Source: Candidatus Hermodarchaeota archaeon (lineage in GTDB: Archaea; Asgardarchaeota; Thorarchaeia; Thorarchaeales; Thorarchaeaceae). Taken from it: a stretch of DNA of 64,000 nt. Location of the stretch: assembly GCA_048885865.1 (NCBI GenBank), contig JBHLLF010000011.1, positions 1-64,000 on the forward strand, read 5' to 3'. How positions within the stretch are numbered: the stretch's first letter is position 1; each line of letters begins with the position of its first letter. Both the position numbers and the translations under genes were made by a program. The notes beneath the pieces are model-generated. The model saw only the letters and a list, made by a program, of their open reading frames with translations. It searched no databases and was not told the DNA's origin. Below, in pieces: positions 1-9,758 of the stretch.

Positions 1-224
1 ATTTCAGGTAGCCCTTTCGAAAACTTCGATGTATCGACACCCTCAACTGCTCTCCCCAGTTTGGCAAAGAAGAGCGCGTGACGACCACGACCCATGCCAA
101 GATCAAGAACAGGACCCTTGGGGATTATATCTAGGTATTCGATCAGTTTGAAGTCAGGTCCCTGCTTTCTGTTCTCCACAACCTCCTTGTAGGCTTGAAG
201 CCAGAATGTCTTCTTCTTTGTCAT
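1..224 (-). CDS. Class I SAM-dependent methyltransferase (TehB-like), partial, runs off the window start
   Basis: Not in the ORF track. Manual translation from ATG at 224 gives MTKKKTFWLQAYKEVVENRKQGPDFKLIEYLDIIPKGPVLDLGMGRGRHALFFAKLGRAVEGVDTS, containing SAM motif I (VLDLGMGRG) and the GVD motif. Confidence 0.85.
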   Translation of the reverse strand, partial: MTKKKTFWLQAYKEVVENRKQGPDFKLIEYLDIIPKGPVLDLGMGRGRHALFFAKLGRAVEGVDTSKFSKGLPE

Positions 225-317
225 AATCTGCCCCTAGGCTGGCAAATTGCAGGTTCATGTCAAAGGTCTTGTTATCGAAGCATAAAGCCATTCAGAATGA
301 GTTTTCATTCCAATCTT

Positions 318-728
318 CTATTTCTTATCCAAGACGAGAATCCTTGGAAGCTTCAGAAGCTTTCCCATGTTACGACCAGTAGTGCCGCCCTTGTAGCGCA
401 ACCGTCTATTGCCGAACCTGTTCTTTGAAGTCATCATCTTAATCGTGGAATACTGTCCATTTGTGAAATACATGAGGTCCTCTGGATCGGCAATAAGCTC
501 TAAATCGAACTCTTCTAAGGTTCCCTTGTTGAGTTCGTATTTTCCAGCATCAGCAACCAAGTTCACCCAGAGAATGAAATCCTCTTCCACATGCAAACCA
601 ATGTTAATTCTGGCCCGAAACTCGTCTAGCGTCTTCGTGTTCTTGGGATTCTTTCGCTTGTCAGCAATCACATCTTCAATCACAGTCTTGAATGTCAGGA
701 ATAGTGTCTCCTGTGCTGATTCATCCAC
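318..728 (-). CDS. SCP2 sterol/lipid-carrier-like protein (divergent)
   Basis: Small alpha/beta protein with an SCP2-like pattern (DLELIADPEDLMYFTNGQYSTIKMMT...RLRYKG). It follows a clearer SCP2 gene and has a GGTGA SD before the GTG start. Confidence 0.6.
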   Translation of the reverse strand: MDESAQETLFLTFKTVIEDVIADKRKNPKNTKTLDEFRARINIGLHVEEDFILWVNLVADAGKYELNKGTLEEFDLELIADPEDLMYFTNGQYSTIKMMTSKNRFGNRRLRYKGGTTGRNMGKLLKLPRILVLDKK

Positions 729-747
729 AACGCATCACCTTGCTTAG

Positions 748-1203
748 CTAGAAGTATTCAGTGTCAACCATTCCTGCAGTTCGGACTAGCTCCTTTGCTG
801 CGTCAGTTGCCTTCAGAACTTTTGCCATTTCACCAACGATCTTCGCCTTTCCACTTAGGAGGCCACGGATAGGATCTAGTTCGCCTTTCAGAATCTCCAC
901 CCAAGTATCATATTCAGCTTCATAGGTGTATTCCACTGCGAGTTTGTCGCCGCTTGCTGATTCGCCCGGTTTGACAATCTCGTATTCATCCTCCCCAGCA
1001 ATGGATTTGACACCAGTACACTTTCCATGGGTCAGTCCGATATAGGCCATGACATCATGATCCAAATTTCCGCTGGCTTTGACTATGAAGATAAAATCGC
1101 CAGTCCACCAAGACGCAGCCTTCTCGTAGGCTTCGTTTGCATTGAGTGCATCCTTGTACAGACCTAACCATTCATCTGAGAACAATTTCGGAATTTCAAT
1201 CAC
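748..1203 (-). CDS. SCP2 sterol-binding domain protein
   Basis: N-terminal FSDEW motif and C-terminal YDTWVEILKGELDPIRGLLSGKAKIVGEM, typical of SCP2. True start may be ATT at 1194. Confidence 0.85.
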   Translation of the reverse strand: MIEIPKLFSDEWLGLYKDALNANEAYEKAASWWTGDFIFIVKASGNLDHDVMAYIGLTHGKCTGVKSIAGEDEYEIVKPGESASGDKLAVEYTYEAEYDTWVEILKGELDPIRGLLSGKAKIVGEMAKVLKATDAAKELVRTAGMVDTEYF

Positions 1204-1268
1204 TCCCTTGTTTTCTACTACTCCAACATGCTACGGAAAACCGATTGATAAATTGAGCTTCAGATGGT

Positions 1269-1553
1269 TCAACCGCCTGCCACCAGTGGGAAAATCGATA
1301 TCTCATCTCCAGAGCTCAATTTCGTTTCAATTCCATTCAGGAACTTGATCTCCCTGCCATTGATTAGTATTGTAATATCGGGCTTAACCTTCTGATCCTC
1401 AGCAATCATTGTTTCCTTTATTCCCGAATCTAAGTAGAGTTCATCAAGGAGCTTTGATATTGTTGCACCTTTTTCCAGTTCCACGTCGATTGGCTCTTTC
1501 TTCCCTATGAGGTCTCGAAGTGTTGCATAGAACTTCACTGTGACTTTCATCAT
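1269..1553 (-). CDS. moaD: MoaD/ThiS/SAMP ubiquitin-like sulfur carrier
   Basis: MKVTVKFYATLRD...ILINGREI...GDEISIFPLVAGG with a C-terminal GG. Start trimmed to the ATG at 1553. Confidence 0.92.
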   Translation of the reverse strand: MMKVTVKFYATLRDLIGKKEPIDVELEKGATISKLLDELYLDSGIKETMIAEDQKVKPDITILINGREIKFLNGIETKLSSGDEISIFPLVAGG

Positions 1554-1632
1554 AGCTCCACTCTGAGTCTTCCAAGCATCAGGCTTATAAAACCGTACAA
1601 GGACCGGTTCAGAATTAGGGGTCAATCCAATC

Positions 1633-4600
1633 ATGTTTGGCTACATGGGCAAAATCCTGCGCATCAACCTGACAACATCCACAATAACAGAGGAATTCCC
1701 TGACGAGGATACTTTGAGGAAATATCTCGGTGGTGCTGGACTGGCAACAAAGATACTCTTTGAAGAAACGGAACGAGGCATTGATCCTCTAGGACCAGAA
1801 AACAAGCTGATCTTCATGACTGGCCCCTTGACAGGAACAACCTCGCCCAGCACAGGTCGCTATAGCGTAGTAACAAAGGCTCCACTCACCAATGGATGGG
1901 GACATGCCAATTCAGCGGGGTTCTGGGGGAGGGATTTCAAACGCTCCGGATTTGATGGGGTGATATTTGAGGGCAGAGCACCAAAGCCAGTCTATTTGCT
2001 GACAGAAGACGGGAAAGCTGAACTTGTAGACGCCTCAGAGATATGGGGGAAGAACACTTCAGAAACCACTAGGATACTCCGAGAGAAGCATGGCGAGAAG
2101 TTCAACGTCGCATGTATCGGTATTGCGGGGGAGAACTTGGTCAAGTATGCAGCTATCATGAATGATTGCGATGAGGAGAATTGGGGGCGTGCAGCAGGTC
2201 GTTGCGGTGTGGGTGCAGTGATGGGTTCAAAGAATCTCAAGGCAATTGCTTCCAAGGGAACCATGACAATCCCTATCGCTGAACCCGACACATACAAGGC
2301 AGAAGCCAAACAGAGATTCGACTGGGTGAACCAGAGCATCTTGAAGATGACACTCGAGGTCTATGGAACAGCTACAATGGTAGACTTGGTGAATGTCAAA
2401 GGGGGTATTCCAACACGGAATTGGCAGACAGGAGTCTTTGATAACGCAGAGCTAATCAATGGAACTGCAATTAACGACAACATATTGGTGAAGCGAAAGC
2501 CCTGCTTCGCATGTCCCATTCATTGCGGAAGGATAGCTGAGATCAAGGCGGGTCCATTCAAGAGTAAAGGAGAAGGACCAGAATATGAGTCACTTGCATC
2601 CCTTGGAACAATGTGTGGTGTTGACAATTTAGAGGCAATCACACTTGCACACTTCTTATGCAATGAATACGGTATTGATGTGATATCTGCAGGGAGCACT
2701 ATCGGATTTGCAATGGAGTGCTATCAGAGGGGCATTCTGAAGAACGAAGATGTGGATGGATTGGACTTCTCTTGGGGTAACGCTCAGCTAGTTGTCGACG
2801 TTATTCATAAGATTGGAAAGCGCGAAGGCATCGGTGACCTCCTGGCTGAAGGCACAAAGAGAATGGCGGAGAAACTTGGTCAAGGGTCCGAGCATTTCGC
2901 CATGCATGTCAAGGGACTCGAGCTGCCTGGCTATGATAGCCGTGCTGCAAAAGTAACTGGTCTCGCTTATGCTGTGGCCAACCGTGGTGGCGATCACATC
3001 ACTGCCTATATCGAAGGCCCAGCTTTCCTTGCTATGCCATTTATGATTGTGGAGGACGCAGATATCGGAGACCCCCTCCAAGAGATTCCTGAAACCGCGT
3101 TAGTTGTGAAGAACTTTGAGGACGCACTTGGGAATTTCGATGCGATCGGTGGGTGTAAATTCATGGGCATGGTTCTCACTGCCGAGGACTGGGCTGGACT
3201 GATGTCGGCTTTGATGGGTCTAGACATTACGCCGGAGGAGTTCCGTACCACAGGTGAGAGAATCTACAATTTGGAGCGAGCCTATATTCTGAGAGAAGGC
3301 TTTACTCGAGCCGATGACACATTACCGCCACGGTTGCTGGAAGACCCATTACCTGAAGGCCCCGCAGAGGGACATGTAGTGGATCTGGATGTTCTTCTTG
3401 ATGCGTACTACAAATACCGCGGGTGGGATGAGCAAGGCAGACCAACGATTGAGAAGCTTCAGGAACTTGGGCTGCAATGGCTTATAGATACAGTCCATGC
3501 AGATGCGGGCGAAACCCTAGAATTGATCAAACATAGAACTCACGTAGCTTCCACTGGCTCCAAGAAGAAAGCTGCTGAGTTGCGAACCAAGGAAGTGGTT
3601 GGAGAAAAGCCATGGCTCGAAAACTACCAGATAGGCCCATTCAAGCTCGAGCACTCTATGGCTCCTTATCCTGAGATGAATGTGTATAAGTTTCTTGAAG
3701 ACACAGCAGCAGAATTCCCAGATGTGATCGCATGCGAATATGCGGATGAGGAAATGACCTATCCCGAGTTGAAGGAGAAGGTGGACAGGCTTGCATCAGC
3801 TTTCGTGGCACTGGGTGTTAAGAAGGGCGATGCTGTTGCGACCGTTCTCCCCTCATGTCCTGAATTCATTATCGCAGACTATGCCGCCATGAAGATTGGT
3901 GCTATTCATGTACCTCTCAGTATTCTGCACAAGGCTGACGACCTGAGATATGAACTCAGTGAAAGCAAAGCGAAGATTGTGGTCTGCTCCTACAGGCGAA
4001 TCGAGCGTGTCAATGAGGTTAAACCTGATACCAGTGTGAAGACTGTCATCTACACACCGACCAAGCTATTCCCCGATTATCAGTATCCTGCCATGGAAGA
4101 CATTGATGATGAGAATTATCACCTCATGGATGACTTGATCCGGAATCATGAACCGCATACTGAAACTGTTGAAATTAATGCAAAGGAAGACATTGCTCTT
4201 CTGCCTTTTACAGGGGGTACCACAGGTCAACCCAAGGGAACGATGCTGACTCACTACAACATAACTACCAACGTGAGGCAGACCATGCATTGGATGATGG
4301 ATCCGCTCAAAGAGGGAATCATCGGGAAGAGCTCAGGTGTGATATGCGTACCTATCTTCCATGCATATGGCCACTGGGCGTTGCACTCCTGCATATCATG
4401 GGGACTCAAGATGTACTTGATGGACTCGAGGGACATTCCAAAGATTGTTGAAGTAATCAACCAGCATCGGCCATTTGTGGTGTTTGCAGTTCCGACTCAC
4501 TATATGCTCTTCTCAAAGATGGATATGATCAAGGGACAAATCTTCTATTTCTCAGGCGCGGCAGCGCTTCCCGCAGACCTCGCTGAGGAGTTCGAGGGGA

Positions 4601-5268
4601 AGGCGGGTGTGCCTATGGGCGAAGGTTATGGTGCAACCGAGACATCCGGGGTCGTCACAATAAACATCTCAGCACTTTCGAAGGTCACAGGCTTCATGGC
4701 GGAAACAAAAAGGGGAGTCGGAGTTCCCATCCCTGAAACTGAGATAAAGATTGTCGACCCTGATACTGGCCAGGAGCTACCTATTGGTCAACGTGGCGAG
4801 ATATGGATACGCGGGCCCCAAATCATGCGTGGATATTGGCCGACGCCAGGCAGTGGATTGAAGGAGGGCGGTTGGTTGCCGATGGGCGACGTTGTCGAAA
4901 TGGACGGAGATGGGTACTTCAAGATTGTTGACAGAATCAAGGACATGATTAACGTCTCCGGGAACAAGGTGTATAGCCGAGTAATTGATGACATCCTGCA
5001 TGAACACGAGGCAGTAGATGTCGCAGGTGTCATAGGCATCCCCGACCCGGAGAGACCAGGGAGCGAGAGAGTGAAGGCGTTCATCCAATTGAAGCCTGAA
5101 TATAGAGGAAAGATCTCTGACCAGGACATCATCGATTTCCTGAAGGGGAAAGTGAAGCCCTATGCGATACCAAAGTGGGTTGAGTTCAGAGATGAGCTAC
5201 CACTTACAGTTGTGATGAAGCTGTTCAAGAAGAAGCTAAGAGAAGAAGAGCTTGCTAAGCTTGGCTAG
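1633..5268 (+). CDS. Fusion of aldehyde:ferredoxin oxidoreductase (W/Mo-bis-pterin, 4Fe-4S) and long-chain fatty-acid--CoA ligase
   Basis: aa ~1-620 AOR: GYMGKILRINL, YLGGAGL, AAGRCGVGAVMGSKNLKAI, CFACPIHC, EGPEYE, DTLPPRLL, YYKYRGWD. aa ~660-1211 adenylate-forming ligase: FTGGTTGQPKG, GEGYGATE, MGD, DRIKDMINVSG and the terminal catalytic Lys (LPLTVVMKLFKKKLR). One uninterrupted ORF. Confidence 0.93.
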   Translation: MFGYMGKILRINLTTSTITEEFPDEDTLRKYLGGAGLATKILFEETERGIDPLGPENKLIFMTGPLTGTTSPSTGRYSVVTKAPLTNGWGHANSAGFWGRDFKRSGFDGVIFEGRAPKPVYLLTEDGKAELVDASEIWGKNTSETTRILREKHGEKFNVACIGIAGENLVKYAAIMNDCDEENWGRAAGRCGVGAVMGSKNLKAIASKGTMTIPIAEPDTYKAEAKQRFDWVNQSILKMTLEVYGTATMVDLVNVKGGIPTRNWQTGVFDNAELINGTAINDNILVKRKPCFACPIHCGRIAEIKAGPFKSKGEGPEYESLASLGTMCGVDNLEAITLAHFLCNEYGIDVISAGSTIGFAMECYQRGILKNEDVDGLDFSWGNAQLVVDVIHKIGKREGIGDLLAEGTKRMAEKLGQGSEHFAMHVKGLELPGYDSRAAKVTGLAYAVANRGGDHITAYIEGPAFLAMPFMIVEDADIGDPLQEIPETALVVKNFEDALGNFDAIGGCKFMGMVLTAEDWAGLMSALMGLDITPEEFRTTGERIYNLERAYILREGFTRADDTLPPRLLEDPLPEGPAEGHVVDLDVLLDAYYKYRGWDEQGRPTIEKLQELGLQWLIDTVHADAGETLELIKHRTHVASTGSKKKAAELRTKEVVGEKPWLENYQIGPFKLEHSMAPYPEMNVYKFLEDTAAEFPDVIACEYADEEMTYPELKEKVDRLASAFVALGVKKGDAVATVLPSCPEFIIADYAAMKIGAIHVPLSILHKADDLRYELSESKAKIVVCSYRRIERVNEVKPDTSVKTVIYTPTKLFPDYQYPAMEDIDDENYHLMDDLIRNHEPHTETVEINAKEDIALLPFTGGTTGQPKGTMLTHYNITTNVRQTMHWMMDPLKEGIIGKSSGVICVPIFHAYGHWALHSCISWGLKMYLMDSRDIPKIVEVINQHRPFVVFAVPTHYMLFSKMDMIKGQIFYFSGAAALPADLAEEFEGKAGVPMGEGYGATETSGVVTINISALSKVTGFMAETKRGVGVPIPETEIKIVDPDTGQELPIGQRGEIWIRGPQIMRGYWPTPGSGLKEGGWLPMGDVVEMDGDGYFKIVDRIKDMINVSGNKVYSRVIDDILHEHEAVDVAGVIGIPDPERPGSERVKAFIQLKPEYRGKISDQDIIDFLKGKVKPYAIPKWVEFRDELPLTVVMKLFKKKLREEELAKLG

Positions 5269-5370
5269 CTAGTCCCTCCCAATCCTCTTTACACACGCTA
5301 AGCAAAAGCGGTATATAGTCAACACCTCAAGTTTTCTGGCATGGTATTTCGTGCTGGGTAGGTCGAGAAG

Positions 5371-6951
5371 ATGTCCAGTAACCTCCGCATCATCATGTTC
5401 TTCTTCCTACTACTTGTCATAAACTCAGCACCTTGTATTAATTCGACCCCTTCAATGAAATCTACCGAAGCAGATAATTCACAAATTCTTGAGTCCGCGG
5501 GGGATATATTCACCTCCATATGTGGAGCAGAGGTCAGAATTAGCAAAACTCCCGAAGCCTTTGAAGGATATAATCTCTTTGTCCTTGCAAAAACAGACAA
5601 AGAAACTCTTCAGCGCAATTTGTGGATGCTGATTGTTGATTTGAACGGTGAGGTCTTGCTTGAAGAGTACCTTGGAGTTGACCTATGGATTTCAGACTGT
5701 GCTGCAGAGTTCATAAATCCAGCAACCATCCTCCTTGGAAAGGACTTCTCAGCGGCAATATACAATCTCACTGATGAGTCGACAACCATTCTGCCGTTTG
5801 GAGGGCATCATGATTATGAGTATAATCCTCTTGACGACACCTTCTTTGCATTACAAAGGTATGAATTAGAGATTGATGAGATAATGTACCAGTATGACAC
5901 CGTCGTTGAATTAGATAGAAATGGGAACGTTGTCTGGTCATTCGATACAGCTTCACTGATTAATGTGAACCAATGGTGTCCGTATCAAGATTATGAATTT
6001 AGTCTGCCTGACATCACACACATGAACACGGTTTACTTCGACGCATATGATGATTCAATATACCTAATGTCCCGAAACACCAATACTTTCTGGAAAATCA
6101 ACCATTCAACTGGCGATGTGGTATGGGCGCTTGGAGAATTCGGTGACTTCACACTATATGATCAACGGGGGATACAAAGAAACAATCTGTTCTTTCATGC
6201 TCATGCTGTCGAAAGAGTAGATGATGAAACCTTCATTCTGTTTGACAACGACTATCATAATCAGACTGATGAGTTTAATGAAGTGTCAAGGATTGTCGAG
6301 ATTTCAATTGATGAGGACACAATGACGGCTAACACTACTTGGGAATGGTCCTCGGAAGAATACTACTCATTCTTGTTTGGTGACGCTGATAGATTGCCGA
6401 ATGGGAATAGACTGGGTGTCTTCGGAATTGCAGGATTTCCCAACTCTGAGTATGGAGCAAGGATAGTTGAGGTCAATGAAGAACATGAGATTGTGTGGGA
6501 GATGGCCTTCGCAAACGACGAAACATATTGGTATATGATCTATAGGAATGAACGATTTCAATTTCATCCAATTCTTCAGGTCCTAGATGTAGAGAATTCG
6601 GATTCTGAGGGTAGCATTACTATCAATTTTGGAGCTTATTTCAATTATCGTCCCAAAAGGGACTTACCAGGATTCTATAGCCTCTATATTGATGATGTCT
6701 TAATCGGGGAGGGAGGAGTTATTTTCGACCGATTTTGGCGGCCAGCTATTGTTTCTTGCTCTGTCCCAAATCCAGGAACAGGACACCCTAATGTAACCCT
6801 AATCGTTTGGAATGGAAATGGGGATTCAGCAAGAATAACAGCAGAATTCGGTGTGACCAGCATCGCTGATAATGCATTACTACTCTTCGCAGTTGGGATA
6901 GTAGGAGTTATTGGACTCATCATTCTCTGGAAACATCGGAATTCGAAATGA
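5371..6951 (+). CDS. Arylsulfotransferase (ASST)-family beta-propeller, signal peptide plus C-terminal TM anchor
   Basis: GHHDYEY, DITHMNT, LMSRNTN, FHAHAVE, FDND and GDADRLPNGNRL motifs; hydrophobic N- and C-termini. Confidence 0.82.
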   Translation: MSSNLRIIMFFFLLLVINSAPCINSTPSMKSTEADNSQILESAGDIFTSICGAEVRISKTPEAFEGYNLFVLAKTDKETLQRNLWMLIVDLNGEVLLEEYLGVDLWISDCAAEFINPATILLGKDFSAAIYNLTDESTTILPFGGHHDYEYNPLDDTFFALQRYELEIDEIMYQYDTVVELDRNGNVVWSFDTASLINVNQWCPYQDYEFSLPDITHMNTVYFDAYDDSIYLMSRNTNTFWKINHSTGDVVWALGEFGDFTLYDQRGIQRNNLFFHAHAVERVDDETFILFDNDYHNQTDEFNEVSRIVEISIDEDTMTANTTWEWSSEEYYSFLFGDADRLPNGNRLGVFGIAGFPNSEYGARIVEVNEEHEIVWEMAFANDETYWYMIYRNERFQFHPILQVLDVENSDSEGSITINFGAYFNYRPKRDLPGFYSLYIDDVLIGEGGVIFDRFWRPAIVSCSVPNPGTGHPNVTLIVWNGNGDSARITAEFGVTSIADNALLLFAVGIVGVIGLIILWKHRNSK

Positions 6952-7132
6952 ACCAGGGATTTCATTGAGAAGACAAGCTTTGATGGTATTCCACCGACGC
7001 CAAAGGAAGCAGCAAATACTGTGAAGACGGCTAGGAAACTATCTGACGCCTTGACTTGCTAGGAAAGCAAAAGACATACCGAAGAGTAAATCACTAAGAA
7101 GTGGGGGACCTGCAGCTAACGGAGTAGAAACA

Positions 7133-7840
7133 TTGACGGATTTGCTGGATTGGGAGAGCCTAGAATGGCTATCAAGTGCAAGAAGCCTAGTGAAATGGAT
7201 GAGCCAGAGATCTCCAGAGGAGAGCCTCATGCTTTTCCTACGTCACTCTCATCGTGATGAGATTCCAGACCACTCAGTCCAATTTAGCACGGGACTTACA
7301 GAGATAGGTAAGCGGATGTCATATGAAATGGGAAAGAAACTACCTACTAGCAGACCAATTCGGATCTTCTTCAGCTTCGTTCCAAGATGCTATGATACAG
7401 CAGAGGCACTTGCCAAGGGGCTCAGAGAGAACGGAGCAAACATCGTTGAGTTTGAGGCCATTCCTATACTAGTGATGCCTGAATTTGATGACGAAGCAGT
7501 ATGGGATAATCTCCAGCCTGATGGGATGAATGTGACTCAATTCGTGAACAGCTGGGCCGATGGGGAATTTGGCAATATGATTGAGTCTTTTGAGTCGTAT
7601 AGAGGTAGACTGTTGGAAGCAACAATTGAGAGGCTAAGGAGTGAGAAGGAGTCGGTCATGCACATTCATGTGACTCATGATCTAGCTCTGATGTCAATCA
7701 AGCGAATTCTGTTGCAGCGAACCATAGGAAATCAAGATAGAGAGCCCTATCAAGGAGGTATCTGCATCTCTATCAATAGAGATGGAGTCCCACACCTTTA
7801 CAATTCAGAAGAGGTAACACGCCTTTCACCAATTGGCTAG
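7133..7840 (+). CDS. Histidine phosphatase (phosphoglycerate mutase-like) family protein
   Basis: LFLRHS, LTEIG, S..PRCYDTA and HVTHD motifs. Confidence 0.85.
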   Translation: MTDLLDWESLEWLSSARSLVKWMSQRSPEESLMLFLRHSHRDEIPDHSVQFSTGLTEIGKRMSYEMGKKLPTSRPIRIFFSFVPRCYDTAEALAKGLRENGANIVEFEAIPILVMPEFDDEAVWDNLQPDGMNVTQFVNSWADGEFGNMIESFESYRGRLLEATIERLRSEKESVMHIHVTHDLALMSIKRILLQRTIGNQDREPYQGGICISINRDGVPHLYNSEEVTRLSPIG

Positions 7841-7880
7841 AAGTCTTCACAGTCCTTTGCTTAGGAATCCGAATGATTTA

Positions 7881-7933
7881 TTAACGAGTAGTTAAAGTGT
7901 TTAGGTTAATTCTGTTAAGGTATTCGCATTAAC
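7881..7933. promoter_or_regulatory. Cluster of TTAAC/GTTAA half-sites, putative operator of the downstream HTH regulator
   Basis: Palindrome TTAAC-GAGTA-GTTAA (7881-7895) plus GTTAA at 7905 and 7914 and TTAAC at 7929, just upstream of ATG 7938. Confidence 0.45.
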
Positions 7934-7937
7934 TCGG

Positions 7938-8420
7938 ATGGGCCAAGAAATGTTCAGCTACCTTCGATATCCCACCAAGCAACAGGGCCTTATCTGGCTC
8001 AGGCGCCGCCAGAAGGAAAGACCCTCAGAAATCGCCAAGGATCTGAAGGTATCAAGACCATTTGTCACCATGGCCCAGAAGACAGCAGAGGAACGAATCG
8101 AGCAACTTCTTCAGCATTCTGCATCAGTCAATCGAGTAAAGATAGAGCATCTAAGTCCGAAATATGGCATCGCAAAAGGCTTCTGCCATGCCTATGATAC
8201 AGATACATACATCGTCTATTCTCCCAGAATCGGTCTTCAGAACTGGTATGTCCACAAGGGCGATTGCGGAACTTGCGAAATGGAAGACAAATGCACCAAG
8301 ACACTTCGTACATTAGCTGAAGAGTGGGAAATCCCTCTTCCAGATGACAGGCCTCCAACAGAACTCGGCGTATACCTTTTTGATGTAATTGGGAGGCGAC
8401 TCAAATGGAATCAGACATAG
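7938..8420 (+). CDS. HTH transcriptional regulator with C-terminal Cys/His metal-binding motif
   Basis: RPSEIAKDLKVSRPFVTM HTH; HKGDCGTCEMEDKC. Overlaps the next gene. Confidence 0.7.
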   Translation: MGQEMFSYLRYPTKQQGLIWLRRRQKERPSEIAKDLKVSRPFVTMAQKTAEERIEQLLQHSASVNRVKIEHLSPKYGIAKGFCHAYDTDTYIVYSPRIGLQNWYVHKGDCGTCEMEDKCTKTLRTLAEEWEIPLPDDRPPTELGVYLFDVIGRRLKWNQT

Positions 8421-9739
8421 AAAGAGTATGTCCACATCCTCCTAAGCCTAAGAAGTTCATGAGCCATCTAAAGGGCTATAGAACACTCCTCATGGTTATG
8501 AGCCTAACAGTCATCTTGACGTCAGTTAGTTTCATGCCCCTAATGACTCCTAGTTCTCCTTTGGTGGGTTCCATCAGATGGGAGGTTCCGGTTCAAGGAG
8601 ACGTATTCCTTTTGCGAATGGACGAGAATGGCACTCTCTTATGGAACATGTCTTATGGTGGCCCTTTGAATGAGTGGCCAAATTCTGTTGTAGAGGTGTC
8701 AACAGGTGGATTTGCAATCTTAAGCGGATTTGGAAAGCACGACAATAGAACTGCATTGATCACGCGCATTGATACCAGAGGCGAGGTGATTTGGAACAGG
8801 ACCTATAGTGACATATACATTCATCCAAGAAACTTCAGAAACTTCTTTTTCGAATTGATGGATGGAGGTTTTGCTATCTTCGATGGTAATATTCTGGTAA
8901 CTGATGACATGGGGCAACTTGCAAGAACGCACCTCACAAACGAGAGTCCTTGGGGATATCCGATTAGCATTGTAGAATGTAGTAGCGGGGGATTTGCCTA
9001 TGCCTACGAATATGGATACATGGGTTCATACACAGCTATTCAGCGGATTGATACCAGCAATAACACGCTTTGGTATACCGAGTTTATTTGCCCCAATGCG
9101 TATGCGTGTCATAGTAATGTCGTTGAAGACTCAAATGGCGGCTTTGTTTTCTGGATGGGAGGAGCATACGGGAATAGAGGAGATAATGGAGGTAATCTGA
9201 CGCATATAGACAGTCAAGGAAACAGAACTTGGTGGCGTTATATTCCTCCGTGGAATGAATATTACCAGAAGGGGTTTGATATCATCAAATGCAGCGAGGG
9301 GGGCTTTCTGCTATACTCTATCCACGGCTGCCGACGCGTTGATAATTGGGGACGAACTGAATGGAAAAAGGAAATACCATCATGGAAAGCCATAGAATTG
9401 ACTTCAGGAAGGTTTGTCCTGCTTGAACCTAATTTGGTCAATGGTGAATTGTGGAACACTGTAGGCAGCTTCGCTCTGAGTTGTTTAGATTCAAATGGAA
9501 ATCATCTATGGCGTCAGACTTTGGAAATGCCATCTCACCAGGAGTTTGACTTGGTAGCCTGTGCCGATGGCGGATTCGCTGTAGCAGTGTCAGCTGAGAG
9601 CTCCTTTCATTCGATTGAAATCAATGAAATTCCAGGAGATAGACCAAGACCTCTTGAGGTTGCTGTGATTCCTGGCATGAGCATAATACTAGCAGCCGTC
9701 GGTATGGCACTCAGAAAAATGCGTCAGCTTGCAAAATGA
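8405..9739 (+). CDS. Secreted, membrane-anchored beta-propeller repeat protein
   Basis: Repeats of D..G..LW...Y and EC.DGGFA; N-terminal hydrophobic segment and C-terminal TM with a basic tail. Confidence 0.72.
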   Translation: MESDIERVCPHPPKPKKFMSHLKGYRTLLMVMSLTVILTSVSFMPLMTPSSPLVGSIRWEVPVQGDVFLLRMDENGTLLWNMSYGGPLNEWPNSVVEVSTGGFAILSGFGKHDNRTALITRIDTRGEVIWNRTYSDIYIHPRNFRNFFFELMDGGFAIFDGNILVTDDMGQLARTHLTNESPWGYPISIVECSSGGFAYAYEYGYMGSYTAIQRIDTSNNTLWYTEFICPNAYACHSNVVEDSNGGFVFWMGGAYGNRGDNGGNLTHIDSQGNRTWWRYIPPWNEYYQKGFDIIKCSEGGFLLYSIHGCRRVDNWGRTEWKKEIPSWKAIELTSGRFVLLEPNLVNGELWNTVGSFALSCLDSNGNHLWRQTLEMPSHQEFDLVACADGGFAVAVSAESSFHSIEINEIPGDRPRPLEVAVIPGMSIILAAVGMALRKMRQLAK

Positions 9740-9758
9740 TACCTGACAGAAATGGAAT

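Noticed and set aside
1269-1634. 121-aa version of MoaD from the ORF track
   Set aside because: The N-terminal extension covers the divergent promoter and touches the AOR start. The MoaD fold begins at MMKVTVKF (1553).
6955-7075. Short + strand frame DFIEKTSFDGIPPTPKEAANTVKTARKLSDALTC, vaguely like a HEPN C-terminal helix
   Set aside because: No start codon, too short, and the similarity is only impressionistic.
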